Assembly (NCBI RefSeq): GCF_009914755.1
Contig: NC_060930.1
DNA length: 64,000 nucleotides
Reading direction: 5' to 3' (one strand)
From: the human T2T-CHM13v2.0 reference genome, Homo sapiens
Position numbers and translations under genes: made by a program. The stretch's first letter is position 1, and the number at the start of each line of letters is the position of its first letter. The notes under the pieces were generated by a model that saw only the letters and a program-made list of their open reading frames with translations, ran no database searches and had not been told where the DNA came from. This document shows, in pieces, positions 29,708 through 43,851 of the stretch.

Positions 29708-31737
29708 TAAATAACATACCGAGTAGTCTCCATGACAGAGACAGCAAATATGTGCAGTATATTCTACCATTTGTCCCTCTCATCACTAATCATACAAGGT
29801 ATATTTTGAGTTGAATCCAGATATGACCTAATAATCCTCAACATCGAGTTCTAGGTGACTATCCATCAGTTGAAGATGGCATGCCAGGTATTAATTATGC
29901 CCAGCCCAGTCCAGCACTATGACTTATCTTGCTTTCTTTAAGCACCCTTGGCTAATATTTTTAAAGATTTTAATCCTTAAATTGGGCTAATTTACTCCCA
30001 AAGGCTTAGTCAAATGAAATCTGGCAGAAGAATACAGAACCCCTCATTCAATCATTTATTCCAGGTCAGCTGTCTGAATTGAGGCATAAAACTCTAACTT
30101 GATAATAATCACAATTGTATATAACCCAATGGCAGTTATAAAATGAGTTTGAATTTCATTTACATCTCTAAGTGCTAGCAACTTTGACGATCTCTCGAAT
30201 CATTGCATCTCAGCAGGAAAATTTAAATACTCTTTTATCCTATTAATGTATTATGATAACTGAGTCCCCATACAGTATCTGTATCAAGCAGGTGTCCAAA
30301 TTTTATTTGAACATCTTCAGTGGTGGAATTCCATTTATCTTAAGGTGATCTGCTTTACTTTTGAGCAGCTCTTACTGTTAAAAATTTCTTCATTTTATTA
30401 ACCTTTATCTGTGCTTATCTGGGATGTACACACTAGAACAGTTGTTTAGCCTTTGAAATCATACAGAAAACAATTATTTTAACTCTTCTACGTAGAAGCC
30501 TTAACATGTTTGAAGACAGCTGTTCTTTCTAACAAACAAAGCTGTCAAACAATTGGAGTGTATTCAGGGCCACTGTTTACTGCATAGGTTGCCCATTATA
30601 AAACTACCGGAACCACAACTTACATGGATGTGAATGGCATCCTTGGAGTTGTGGAACATGGAATCCTGCTTCTCAAAAATATGTGTACTTAAGTGTTCCA
30701 GGAAAGACTAAATAGTAGCTGTCAGAGATGTCCAAAGGAAGTTGCCTGCCAGAAAACTAAAAATCTTTGTGTGAGGAATAACCAGCCGTTTCACACTAGC
30801 AATATTTGGCTTTGCCAATCAATGGTCAAAGTAAAACCTACAGTAGAAAAAGTACAAATGTCTTAAATTTGAGCAGCAAATGTAGGGAAATAATACCTTA
30901 TCAATAGCTGGATTCTTCCCCTGTGTCCCTTCTACCATTAAAGCCAAGACATAAGGATTATTTCCCCAGGAAAGAAAGGAAGTTTTAGTCATTGTTTAGC
31001 TCTGAGACTCAAAGACATTTTGAAGACTTAGGGAGATAATTGTCTTGACAAGATAGGCTTTATTAAAATTGAACAATATTTTTCATAATTGTCAAAATCT
31101 TTTCATATGAATATAAGAGTCAAATAATGAAAGATGATCTATAGTAGATTATAGACCAAGGGGGGCACAGTGCATGACATAAAGGAATTTACCACCCTGC
31201 TGAAAAAAAATTGGGATTTTTTTTTAGTACAAAGAGAAAAAATAAAGCATACTGTGTTTTACTTCCAAAATCTACTCTTTGTGCCAGATCAGAAAAAAAA
31301 GTTTTAAAATCAAAGCTTTTGATTTACAAGAGCTGTTTCTTATTGAGAGAAGTAAAAGCCAGGTCTTGAGGAAGGTCATAGAATTTATGCTTTGCAGTTA
31401 GTTTGAAAGGGAATAAAATAATCTTAGACTATCTTCTGGGAGAGTGCCAGGGAAGCAGAGAGGTGAGTTCAATAGAGAGGCATCCTGGAGAAGATGAGTT
31501 GGGCCTGATTTGAAGACACCATGTGCAGAAGTCCAGAGATTTCTATAAATACCCTACTCAGCATCCCCTGTGATCAGATTCAGGAAGCGGTCACTGTAGA
31601 TTATGACAAATGACCATCCTAACAAATACTAAATCAACCTGAAGATACAAGATCAGTGTCTCAGCCTCTCAGTTCTGTTTGTTGAAGGCCTCCATCAACA
31701 CTTACCTGAACGTCCAGCAAAATTATGTTTATCCATA

Positions 31738-32392
31738 TGTATCAAAGGTCCGCATATCCACTCTCAGGTTAATGATTGATTAGGACTCATAGAAGTCAGA
31801 AAAGCTGTTATACTCATGGTTACAGTTTACTCAGAGAAACAATACAGATTAAAATGAGCCAGTGAAAAAGGTGCATAGGGCAGAGCCCAAGAGAAATCAG
31901 GCACAGGTTTCCAATTGTCCTCTCCCAGTGGAGTCACATGGACAGGGCATCATTCTCCCAGCAGTGATGAGTGACAACATGTACAAACTGTTGCTAACAA
32001 GGAAAGTTTACCTGAGCCTTGGGGTCCTGGGATTTTACTGGAGGTTGATCACAAAGGCATGGAGTGCACACACAACTGACCTTAACTACTAAATATGCAG
32101 CACCCCCTTAGAGGTCAAACTCATACAGTGTGGCCAAGGACCTCAGGTGAAAAACAAAACAAACAAAACTAAAAAAACAGACATCCACCAAAAATCACCT
32201 TGTTAGCATGAGCTATCCATGCTAACAGATGTTAGAGTGGCCAAAGGTCCAAAGTATACAAAACACTCATTGGACAGGATGATCCAAGGGTTTATAAGGT
32301 ATCTCTAAGGAGCCAGTCAAGACCAGTCCTTTCTTTGGAATGTACATAAAGTTTGAACACCCAAAGCCTGCTGAGTTAACCCTTTACTAAAT
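31738..32392 (-). mobile_element. MER21-like solo LTR
   Basis: gctgttatactcatggttacagttt...gtcctctcccagtggagtcacatggacag; reverse-homologous to 53325-53896. Confidence 0.8.
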
Positions 32393-33896
32393 ATCATGTT
32401 TCAAGACTTTGTTAAAGCTTGTCAGGAAAAAAGTTGTCCAAGACTTGAAAAGTACAAAAAAGATTACTACATATCCTCTCAGTAGAGAGCTAGATATTGT
32501 CTAGCAGACATTTTGGGAATTATCTGATTCTACAGAGGTATACAGCTTATACTGCCTTGTAGAAAATTAATAGAAATGTAAATTATTATCCATAGTAATA
32601 TAAACAATTATTTTCCACTGCAATAAAATGATTTTTTCCAGTAGATATGTAATTGATCTATGCCTTGTAGAAAAGATACACTAACATTATATGTTTGAGG
32701 TTGATAATCAGGTTTAACTATACTGTAATTCATTTTGGCATTTCTGATTTTACTTTTGCTTGTGTGTATGCATGTGTGTTTGAACTGGATTTAACACCTC
32801 AATGATTCCCTCACTTAATGAGTTAAAAATCATTTGCACATTCATTTTATGTTTATTTGGCAGTGAGGTTTTTACTTAAGTGAAAAAATTGTATCAGTCT
32901 CATATTAGTTGCACAGCATTTGAATGTTCTTTTCAATAAGGTTAATCATTTGTAACAGAATGGAATCCTGGAGTCCCAGAAATGCATTGATAATATGAGG
33001 AAAATCTCCAATATTTACATTTGGGTGGAAATGCAGTGTTGTAACTCACACTCCTTATATTTGTAAAATATTGTACTTGATTTATACTTTAGATTTTCTT
33101 CCTTATATCTTTTTTAGCTTTGCTTTTTCTTCCTTCGTTTTCTGTTTTATTGAAGTCTTTAATCGAAAGAATAAAGATAGATTAATGATTTAGTTTGCTC
33201 TTAAAATACATTAAATTTTATCATATTCATTTATAAAGTGCACTATTCAGTATAAGCTAGCTACATATAGTGTCTATAGTTTTATTCAATAACTAAAAAT
33301 TCTAAAACAAATACTGATGTACATCATTGTATAGTTATGCTACTTAATAGTTTATTTTTGCAGTCAAATTTTCTCTTTGAATGCTTTTCTTAGCAGATCA
33401 AGTCCAAAACAGATAGAATTTCATTATCATTTACTTTGAAGAATGACAAATATTTTAAAACTTTATGCTCAAAAGAGTCACTGAGAAATTTTAAAATAAA
33501 TAAATTCTAAAGATTCTAAAAAATTAAATTGCCCTTTGGTGGATGAGCTCACTCTCCCCATATTTCCGTATGTTTGAAACCAATGCATAAAGTTTCATAA
33601 CAAATTGAACTGAGAGATATAATATTTAAAAATACTCAATAATCACTCTTATTGAACAATTTCTATCATCTACTGAAGATCTAATATTATCCATTTCAGA
33701 GCACAAAACCAGATATTATCAAAAGATATACACACAAAGAAATAACCAATAAAAGCCAAAAGATCCCTTTTCTTGAGAAACTTACATTCTAGGTAGCTGG
33801 AGACAGAAGGGACACACAAATATATAAAGAACAAAAACTGATAAGCTAGTAGACACTAATGCCAGGCACAAAGAGCTTTGGCTAAGGCTACTAAGA

Positions 33897-33943
33897 TTTT
33901 TATTTTTATTTTATTTATTTATTTATTTATTTATTTATTTTTT
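33897..33943. repeat. (TTTA)n microsatellite
   Basis: Directly visible. Confidence 0.85.
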
Positions 33944-34199
33944 ACTTTTGATAGAACTCAGTAGCCAAGAAAGAAAAAAGTTTTCTGTGCTATAGAAAAG
34001 GAGATGTAGGTACTCTTTTCTAAAGACTGTTCCTTTCTTTCTTCTAGGGGGAAAATCCTAAAGAATTCTTTTAGTTATATAAGCCATTGTATTCTTGGGA
34101 AAACTTTGAGACAATTGATTTGAATGCAGCTGTACTTAGGCAAGTAATTTCTCTATAATATCAACTGATATGTTTGATTATTTGGGATACAAAGTAGTA

Positions 34200-34680
34200 G
34201 ATAGAAGAGTTGGTTATGAACTCATCCCCACCAAAGAAAAACCTAGTTCCACTGCTAAAATAAATCCCCAAACAGTTGCTTAAACAACAAAAGAAAATGC
34301 TTATTTCTCTCTCTCAACCAGCAATCTAGTGAGAAGTAGACAAGGTTTCTATTGAATTATCATAGGATCTAGGACTTTTTATGTTGCTTTCTTCAACAGA
34401 TCTCCCATCTTACGTTCTAAGATGACTGCTCTATCTCCTACCATCAAGTCTGAATTTCAGCTAGTGAGAAAGAGAAATGGAGAAGAGAAAACATTCCATT
34501 CATTTTAGTAGCTGCAATAGATATTTGACACATGAAACACCTCACAACCTATTGGCCCAAACTTAATCAAGTGGCCACATTAAGATTCAAGAAAGCTACA
34601 CAATATCATCTTTAGCTGAAACTCTGATACTACAGAAGAAACGGAGAACAGATATAGTTAGCGAACAGCTAACAGTGCCT
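34200..34680 (-). mobile_element. Old MLT1-type LTR, degraded
   Basis: ccccaaacagttgcttaaacaacaa...ctattggcccaaacttaatcaagtggccaca. Confidence 0.5.
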
Positions 34681-34883
34681 AACCTAAAAGGTGAGGGAAA
34701 GGCATGTATATTTCATTATTTAAATTAGACTATGCTATGCCTGTAAATTTTACATTGTCTTATCGAGGAAAAATGTATATTTTTATTTGAAACACCAAAG
34801 TTAAGAGGTCTGTTGCTGAGTCTGAGACTGTAGAATGAAATTTCAAGACTGATGTTTATCTCCACTGAAGGAATTACTATTAA

Positions 34884-34904
34884 ACACACACACACACACA
34901 CACA
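34884..34904. repeat. (CA)10 microsatellite
   Basis: Directly visible. Confidence 0.9.
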
Positions 34905-34929
34905 ATTTTCTTTCTTCATTCATTCCTAG

Positions 34930-35195
34930 GCATTTAACTAGTTAAAAGTCACAGATGAGAATGCCTTCTCTACAGTCAAGTTCAAATCCAGAATCTCCAT
35001 TTAATAGATTTGTGACCTCAGGTAATTACTTCACCTGTAAAATAAAGATAGTGCCTCAACTTCGTTATCTTTAACATAAGGAAAATAATATTACCTCAAA
35101 TGGCTTTTTTGAGCATCAAATAAAATTATTTTACGTGCATAGCCCCGCCCCTGGCATCTATTTAGGGCTTAATAAATATCAACTATTATTATTTT
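34930..35195 (+). mobile_element. MIR
   Basis: gttcaaatcc...tgtgacctcaggtaattacttcacctgtaaaat...aataaatatcaactattattatt. Confidence 0.65.
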
Positions 35196-36127
35196 ACCAT
35201 TATTATTTTACATGATGTTTAAGACTGAATAATCCAGTGTAATACAATACTATCATATGCTGGTGGGATTGTCTTGATCAAGATGCAGGGCAGTGTCCTC
35301 CTATGGATGGGGCTTTGTTTTCCCTTAATAAAAATTGGTATTTTCTTTGCCAATATTTCTGAGGAAAAGAAAAAAGGAATGGAGAAGATGGACTTAGATT
35401 GGGGATAAAGACACCTTCAAGATCAGCATTTCCCAACCTTCCACAAATGAACTCTGGTGTGCCACAAATTGGTTACAGATGTGCCAACATATTGAACTTC
35501 TCATTGCTTAAAGTGACCAGCTCAGGTGGATATGGGATGACTCATAGCTTTGGCTGGTGATATCTGGCTACAAGCTGCCTTGTCTATTTATTCCCAGTGT
35601 GCCAAACAAATATTCATATTGTGTATAGATGTATCTGTCATAATTTAAAGGGTTGAGAGGAATGGTTCAGGAGCACTCTTAATGGAGACGATAAGCTGTT
35701 GTTTTTCATATAGTGGTTGGCTGAGAAGTAACTATTATACCAGGCAAGGGTAGAATCTAGCTTTTCAGAGAGGATCCATGAAAAATACATAAACTTCATT
35801 TGCTTATGTGTTGACTTTTAAAAATCTATGCAACTAATTAATTAAATATATGATATATGCCAAACAGAATAACAGTGCTATGTACTACTGATATATTGGT
35901 GAGCAAATGATGTTTTCTGAACCTTTATGAAATTTTAATGTGTTAGAAGAAAATATATTAATCAAATAATTATACAAATATACGATTGCAAAGTGATAAT
36001 AACTATGAATGAACATTGCAAGACATTAAAAGAAAGGGTCTAAGCTTCTGGGTTCTGAAGTATATATGTATGATATTTATTAAACTATTCAATGAGTATT
36101 GATATTTATTAAGCTAGTCAACAAGTA

Positions 36128-36522
36128 TTGATGTTCCTCAACTTACCATAGGGTTACATCCAAATAAACCCATCATAAGTTAAAAATATCTTAAGTTGAA
36201 AATGCACTTAATACATATAACCTATTGAACATCATAGCTTAGCCTAAACTACCTTAGACATGCTCAGAACGCGTAAAGCACCCCACAGCTGGGTAAAATC
36301 ATCTAGCAACACAGTGCACTATAGAGTATCAGTTGTTTGCCTTCATGATCATGTAACTGACTGGGAGTGGCAGCTCACTGCCACTGCCCGACATCCAAAG
36401 AGAGTATCACACTACATATTGTGGGACCAGGAGAAGACCAAAATTAAAAGTACATTTTCTACTAAATGCATTCTGCTTTTGCACCATCGTAAATCAAACT
36501 ACTAAGTTGGGGGCTGTCTGTA
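36128..36522 (+). mobile_element. MER47B-like Tigger element, near full length
   Basis: gatgttcctcaacttaccatagggttacatcc...taagttgggggctgtctgta with TIRs. Confidence 0.85.
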
Positions 36523-39249
36523 TTTGCGGAGTTCCAGGCATATTAATCTCAAACTTACAGTAAAGTTTTATTCAAAGGCTTCAGCTAGGACTTTCATTTC
36601 TGGGAAGATGGAGTAGACATACATTTTCCTACCATCATATGTTCCAGATTTGAAGCTGAAAAAGCTGACAACCTGGAAATGCCAGTGGACACAGACCAAG
36701 AAAACCCTCAACAAAAGCCTGTTCTCTTTAGCCAAAGGGCTAGGAAAGGAACATCCTATACAACAACAACAGAAAACCTGTTAAGCAATAACCATTCTAA
36801 TCTAGCCAAACATCACAGAAAAACAGAACAAAACAAAGCAAAACAAAACACCATTGTCTCTATGCCCACCCACACCAATAAAGGCTGAATAGAGAACTTA
36901 GGCCTCGCTCTTTGCCAGGCTGTAACAAGTCACTCCCCCATTTTTTGCTTGGGTGGTGTCAGAAAAGGCAGAGTAAAGAGCTGGGTCTTACATCTTTTGA
37001 AGGCAATAACAGTTCCCCAACCCCTGTCAGGGAAATCAGGAGGAGAGCCTGGACTTCCACTCCCATTCGTAAGCACTGATATGTCCTTTCTCCTTCCCAC
37101 TGAGGTGATGTCAGAGGATCTACTGAAAAATCAGGGACTTGTGCCCAGCACAATCAGGCACTTCCCAGCCGCATGATGTAAGGGGTGGCCAAGAGAGGCC
37201 CAGTAATAAGGCAATGCTCGTACCCCTCCCAACATGGCTAGTGTCAATGAAGTCATAGTGAGGGGTCAGCACTCCCATTTCACATAATAAGAATCCTCAC
37301 TTCCTAAAGTGTCACAGAGCCTGAAAGAGAAACCTGGGATTTTTATCCTACTTGGCAATAATGAGACACTGCTTCCTGCTGTAGCAGTGTCAAAGAAACA
37401 AAAAACAGAGAACAAACAGAAAATTAAAAATAAAACAGGAGATGTAAGCTTTGCCATATCAATAGTTACATTAAACGTACCTGATTTAAATACGTTTTTT
37501 TAAAAACAAAGATTGGTAGAGTGGATTAAAAAACATAACCCAAAGACATGCTATGACTCACTTCAAATGAAATAGGTAGATTGAAAGAAGATGGATGGAA
37601 AATGATATATCATGTGAATATTTATCAACAGAAAGCAGAAGCAGCAATATCAATACCAAATGAAGTAAAATTTAGAGCAAATGAAATTACTAGAGGCAGA
37701 GAAAAACATTACATAATGATAAAAGTGTCAATCTACCAGGAAGATAAGGAATCCCAAATATGTATACATCAACCAAAGAACAGGGCTGAGAAATATGTAA
37801 AGCAGAAACTGCTCTAACTAAAAAGAGAAATAGACAAATCAACAATTACAGTTGGAGTCTTCAACACCCCTCTTTCAACAACTGATAGAAGAACTAGACA
37901 GATTACCTGTAAGGATATAGAAGAACTCCACAACATCATCAAACAACATAATCAAATCTTCCTTTATAGAACACTTTACCTAACAACAGCAAAATACACA
38001 TTGGTTTCAAGTACCCACAATAACATATGCTGAGATATCCTGTGCCATAAAACAAATCTCAACAAATTTAAAATAATTGAATCATAATATTCTATGACCA
38101 CAATGAATTAAACTAAAAATCAATAACAGAAAGATACCAAGAAATTCCCCAAACACTTGAAAATGAAACACAACACCTCCAAATAATCCATGAGGCAAAA
38201 ATAAGAAAAAAAATTTTATATATGCATATAATACATATTTATACCTATATACATACACATACACATACATATATTTATATACACACACTGAACTTAATAA
38301 AAATGAAAATACAACATATCAAAGTTGTAGGACATAGCTAAGGCAGTACTGAGAGGATAACTTTTAGCACTGAATGGTGATATTAGAAAAGAGCAATAGC
38401 CTCAAATCAGTAATCTAAGCTCATAATTCAAGAATATGGAAAAAGAAACAGAAAAAAATAAAGAAAATCAATGAAGCAAAGAGAAGATTCTTTGAAAATA
38501 TCAATAAAATTGATAAAATACTAGCAACTCTGAAAAAGAAAAAATGAGAAAAGACACAAATTATCAATAAGAGGATAGCACTACAGAACATTCAGACATC
38601 AAAAATGTAATAAGGGAATCAATTTTACCACATAATTTGACAATTTAGTTGAAATAAACCAGTTCCTCCAAAAGAGAAAAAACCAACAAAATATACTACT
38701 TCTCATCCAGTATGAAATAGATAACTTGTTCAGTCCGATAACTATTAAGGAAATTTAATTCATATTATAAAACTCCCAAAAAAGAAATCTCCAGGCCCTG
38801 ATTGTTTCACTGGAAACAATCTGCCAAACTTCTAAGGAAATATTTTCAACAATTCTAGATAATCTCTTTCAGAACATGGAAGGGGGAATACTCACCAATT
38901 TAGCTAGTGAAGCTAGTATTGCCATTATACCCAAACCAGACAGACAGCACACATCAAAAAAATAAACAAATAAATAAAATAAACCAATTCATTAATATAG
39001 ACAAAAATCCTTCACAGAAATTTAGCAAATAGAATCTAGCAATATATAAAAAGAATTATACACCATGACCAAGTGTGGTTAATGCCAGGAATACAAGGCT
39101 GGATCAATATCAACAAAGCAATCAATGTAATCTACTACATTAACAGGCTAAAAAAAGGTATGGCAGCAGGTGCAAATGATCATTTCAGTTGATGCAGAAA
39201 AATCATTTAACAAAATTTTACACCTATTTATTTAAAAAACAAACTCTTA

Positions 39250-39535
39250 CGCTGGGAGTGGTGGCTCACACCTGTAATCCCAGCACTTTGTGAGACCGAA
39301 GCAGGTGGATCACTTGAAGCCAGGAGTTTGAGACCAGCCTGGCCAATATGGTGAAACTCCATCTCTACTAAAAAGACAAAAATTAGCCGGGCACAATGGC
39401 AGACACCTGTAATCCCAGTTACTCAGGAGGCTGAGGCAGGAAACCCAGTAAGCAGAGGTTGCAGTGAGCCGAGATTGCGCCACTGCACTGCAGCCTGGGT
39501 GACAGAGTGAGACTCTGTCTCAAAAGAAAAAAACA
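39250..39535 (+). mobile_element. AluS inserted in L1
   Basis: Both arms present; flanks aaactctta / aaactctca are TSD-like. Confidence 0.93.
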
Positions 39536-40574
39536 AAAAACTCTCAGAAAAACTAGGAGTACAGAGAAATTGCTTAAATTGGTAAGGATAATCTATAAAA
39601 CAAACAAGCAAAACAAAAACAAAAACTTTACAGATAAAATTATACTTGGTGGTCAAAACCTGAATGTTTTCTCCCTAAGATCAGAAACAAGTCCAGGCTA
39701 TCCACTCTAACCACTCTTATGCAAATAGTCCTAGAAATTTTAGCCAGTGCAATAAAGCAAGAAAATAAAATAAAAATCATACACCTTGGAAAGGAAAAAA
39801 TAAAACAGTCCCTGTTTCCAAATGACATAATTATCTACACAGAAAATCCAAAGGAATCTAAAAAAACAAAACAAAACACTATTAGAACTATTAAGTGAGT
39901 TCACCAAAGTTGTAGAATACTAGAATAATATTCAAAAATCAGTTTTATTTCTGAAACTAGCTATGAACCTGTGGATAATGAAATTCAAAATAAAATATTT
40001 GTGATTGCTCAAAAAATGAAATACTTAGTCATCAGTGTAATAGAACATGTACAGAACTTGTATGCTGAAAACTAAAAGATGTTGATGTGAGAAATTAATG
40101 ATCTTAACAAATGGAATGGAAAGACATACTGTTTTCATTCATTGAAAGTCTCAACAACGTAAAGATGTCAATTTTCCTCAAATTGATATACAGGTCAATG
40201 CAATTCTTATCAACATTTTTGTAAATTTTTTGTAGGTATAGATGAGATCATTCTGAATTGCATATGGAAAGACAAAGGAACTAGACACGCTAAAACAATT
40301 TCGTAAAAGAAGACCAAAGGAGGTAGGAATTCAACTACCCAAGTCAAGACATATTATTTAACTACAGTAATCAGAACTGTATAGTTAGTGGCAGAGGAAT
40401 AGATATACGTATTAAAGGAAGAAAATGTACTCCCCCAAAAACAGCGCCACAGAAATAAGCCCATCTGATTTTTGACAAATTTGCAAAAGCAATTCAAAAG
40501 CAAGCTTTTTAAAGAACAACAACAAAGTACTGGAAAAATTGGACATCCATAAAATTAAAATAATTAACCTAGTA

Positions 40575-41611
40575 CTGGTTACCCTTAAACAATGTAGGGG
40601 TTAAGGGCACTGGCCTTGTGCAGTCAAAAATCCATGTTACAGCATCTGTCTTTCCCAAAACTTAACTACTAATAGGCTACTGTTGACTGGAAGCATTCCC
40701 AATAACATAAAGTCAATTAACACATATTTTGTATGTTATGTGTATTACATACCGTATTTTTACAATAAAATAAGCTAGCGAAAAGAAAATGTCACTAAGA
40801 AAATCATAAGGAATAGAAAATGCATTCATAGTATTGCATTTATTGATACCATAAGTTTACATCATTTGTTTATAAGATCTGTCTGAAATGGTGGGCAGCC
40901 ATGGCTGCAGACCTCAATCTATGGTACATATCAAGGAATTCAACTTTTTCTTGCAATGTTATGACTTTTGTTTACTTTTTGGGAATACCAATAGCATCAT
41001 TAGTAGCACTTTGTAGGTCTCATGCTGTTTTCAAGGTTTACGGTATAGCACTATGATGGAACGTTTGTACACGAGAATGAGCTCACTTTTTACTGCAATT
41101 CACAATTTGTAGGAGAGGATGAGTACTCAAAAGGAGATGATTAGTGTAACAGGGTGTTTTAATTGGATGCTTCCAACACTTGAGCTCATCACAATAGCAA
41201 CAGAACAGGGCTACAAAATTATTATGGTAGAACAATATTACTATAGTTAATTTTATGTAGTTGTGATTTAACACTGCATCTGTTACATGTGTTTACCTTT
41301 CTCTCAACTGTGACTAGCACCATAAACAGTCTGTAAAGGCATGTGCAAGTTTTGAAAAATGTTAACTTTTTATAATAGATTTGTGTATATTTTATGGTAG
41401 TATACGATAAAATAGATTAGTAGCTACATATATTGTATGGATTCATGACATACCTAATTTTCTTAGTTTTTATCTTAAATATTTCTAGGCTACGTTGTGA
41501 GTTTTTTCAAATTGTTTCAAATCTCCAAAAAAATCTCCAATATATTTATTTTTAAAAATCTGCATATAAGTGGACCCACAAAATTCAAACCATTTGTTCA
41601 AGAGTCAAGTG
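40575..41611. mobile_element. Tigger2-family (MER28/Tigger2b-like) nonautonomous element
   Basis: TIRs ctggttacccttaaacaa / ttgttcaagagtcaagtg, TA on each side; host L1 resumes after it. Confidence 0.82.
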
Positions 41612-41830
41612 TACTAAACTTCACATTATACACACACAAATATTGACTCAAAATGGATTCTGAACTTAAATTTGAAAGGAGTTAAGAAGAAGGTATGGCT
41701 ATAAAAAAGCAACATGGGTGATGTGATGATATAAATATTTTGTCTCTTGACTGTAACAATGTCAATATCCTGGTTGTAATATTGTATTACAGTTTTGTAA
41801 GACCTTATCATTGAGGGAAGTTGAGTAAAG

Positions 41831-42145
41831 CAGGGGTCTGCAACCCCTGGGCCACAGACTGGTGCTGGCCGCACAGCAGGAGGTGAGCAGCTGAACAGCC
41901 AGCAAAGCTGAGCTTCACCTTTCATCAGATCAGCGGGCATTAGATTCTCCTAGGAGCAGAAACCCTATTGTGAACTGTGCATGCATGCAGGGGATCTAGG
42001 TTGTGTGCTCCTTATAAGAATCTAATAATCTGATGATAAATGTAGTGTGTACTTGAAACATCCCCAAAACCTCTGCCCCTGCAATCAATGGAAAAATTGT
42101 CTTTCACGAAACCAGTCCCTGGTCCCAAAAATTTGGGAACCACTG
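41831..42145. mobile_element. MER1B hAT-Charlie element
   Basis: caggggtctgcaacccctgggcc...ttgggaaccactg; 8-bp TSD gagtaaag / gagtaaaa. Confidence 0.9.
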
Positions 42146-42477
42146 GAGTAAAAGATACATGGGATCTCTTTGTATTATTTCTTACAACTGCATATGAATC
42201 TGCATTCATCTCAAAATAAAGAGTTTATTTTGTTTAACTTAAATAAATGTGTGTATGTGTGCAACTTTTGACACCAGTGACAGAGAAAGTCTTTGTCAAA
42301 CACAGAAGCATGTGCATACAAGGTGAAGTAGTAGAAGAAGCCTCAACACAATGTAGAAACCCCCAAACTGCAGAAAGCCATTAGGGAAGTCAACATAGCA
42401 GGGAGAAAGGCGAGTAGGTTTGTTGATATTGGAAATGTGAGTCTCTTCCCACCTTGAGACTTCCAGAGGGACTCCAC

Positions 42478-42683
42478 AGTGGAACTATCCAGTAAAACTT
42501 TCTGCAATGTTGGAAATATAATCTGAGCTGCCCAATACTGCAGCTAATAGCCACGTGAGGCTCTTGAGCACTTAAATGTAACTAATGTAACGGAGGAACT
42601 CAAGTTTTACATACATTTACTTTTACTTAATTTAAACTTAAAGAGCCACATAGGACTAGTGACTACTGTATTGAACAGCACAG
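42478..42683. mobile_element. MER3 hAT element
   Basis: aactttctgcaatgttggaaat...ctgcccaatactgcagctaatagccacgtg...tattgaacagcacag. Confidence 0.8.
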
Positions 42684-43851
42684 TGGTATAAAAAGATTAA
42701 AAACAAAAATGAGAGCTGCAGTTTTGCCATTGGTAGACTGTTTCAGAGCTTTGGTAATTTGGTCATCTATGTGTCATGTGTCACCTTGATTGTCCTCTCA
42801 TGCCGATGAAGTTAGCAACAAACAAATCGAAGTATAATCCTCTACATAGTTGACATGTGATTATAGCTAAATGAGGTCAGTCTGGATGTCTGGTTATTAA
42901 TATTGATAGAAAGGGCATTCCAGAAAGTAAAAATACCACTTTTAAGATTTAAACAAATTAATGTGTTAACCGATTATCTGACATCCAATGTTTTCCTACA
43001 TGATCTGATTACAAAATAAAAATTCAGTGATTGGAGAAAACTCAAGAAGAATATATTGGAAATGCAGGCAATATAGCATTGTTATTGTAAGAAATTTTTC
43101 CTCAGTTGTCACAGAGTGGCAAGAGACACTACAGGCAATGAAATGTGTTACAGAGTGAACCAGGCATGCACAAGCGTCTAAATAAGATGACAGCTGCAAA
43201 TATCAAAATGATCCACCACCAGGCACTGGCACTAGTGAATTTCAAGTGAAAAAAATAAGATCGAACTGACTTCCAGATTGAGGTGCTGGGGTATTAGGAG
43301 AATGATAGGGCACTAAGATTCATTGATGCAGAAAAATAGGGAAGGAAGCAAAGAGTTCAGTTCTTGATATATTGTTTCTTACATCAAATGGTCATCCTTA
43401 AACAGAGATGGTCCTGTCTAATTCCTTTTCAACAATTGTTTGCATACAGACTGTCTTAGAATGGGGAAAGTTTTAAAATACAGATTCTTGGGTTATCTTC
43501 CAAAATTCTCAACCAGATTCTCCATGGTGAAACCCACAAATATGCAGTATTTTAAAGTTCCTTAGTAAATTGCAAAGTTTGGTTAGGTTTGCAAATATTG
43601 TAGCATATTAAGCAGGTAAAGGAAAGTCAGGAGACAACATAAATCAACTTAGAATAGCATATGGATTTAAGAGTTAGTTAAAGATATAGTGTGAAAACAA
43701 AACTAAACGAAAGCAATTAACTATGGCTAGATCTGCCTCCACTCAGAGTGACAATAGAGCATCTTGGACATACGTGGAAATAAATTTTTAAGATTATTAT
43801 AATACCCTTATAATTTACTTAAAATACTTCAGCTAGATAATGAAATACATC

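Larger units (their letters stand above)
36588..42226 (+). mobile_element. Large internally deleted old L1 (L1MD/L1MC-like) carrying Alu, Tigger2 and MER1B insertions
   Basis: 5'UTR-like 36588-37390; endonuclease-like ORF (GWKMIYHVNIYQQKAEAAISI...HYIMIK); RT remnants; 3' end at 41680-42226. Confidence 0.8.

Noticed and set aside
30696-30704. Isolated TTCCAGGAA STAT-type site
   Set aside because: Roughly one such 9-mer is expected by chance in a window this size, and there is no supporting context.
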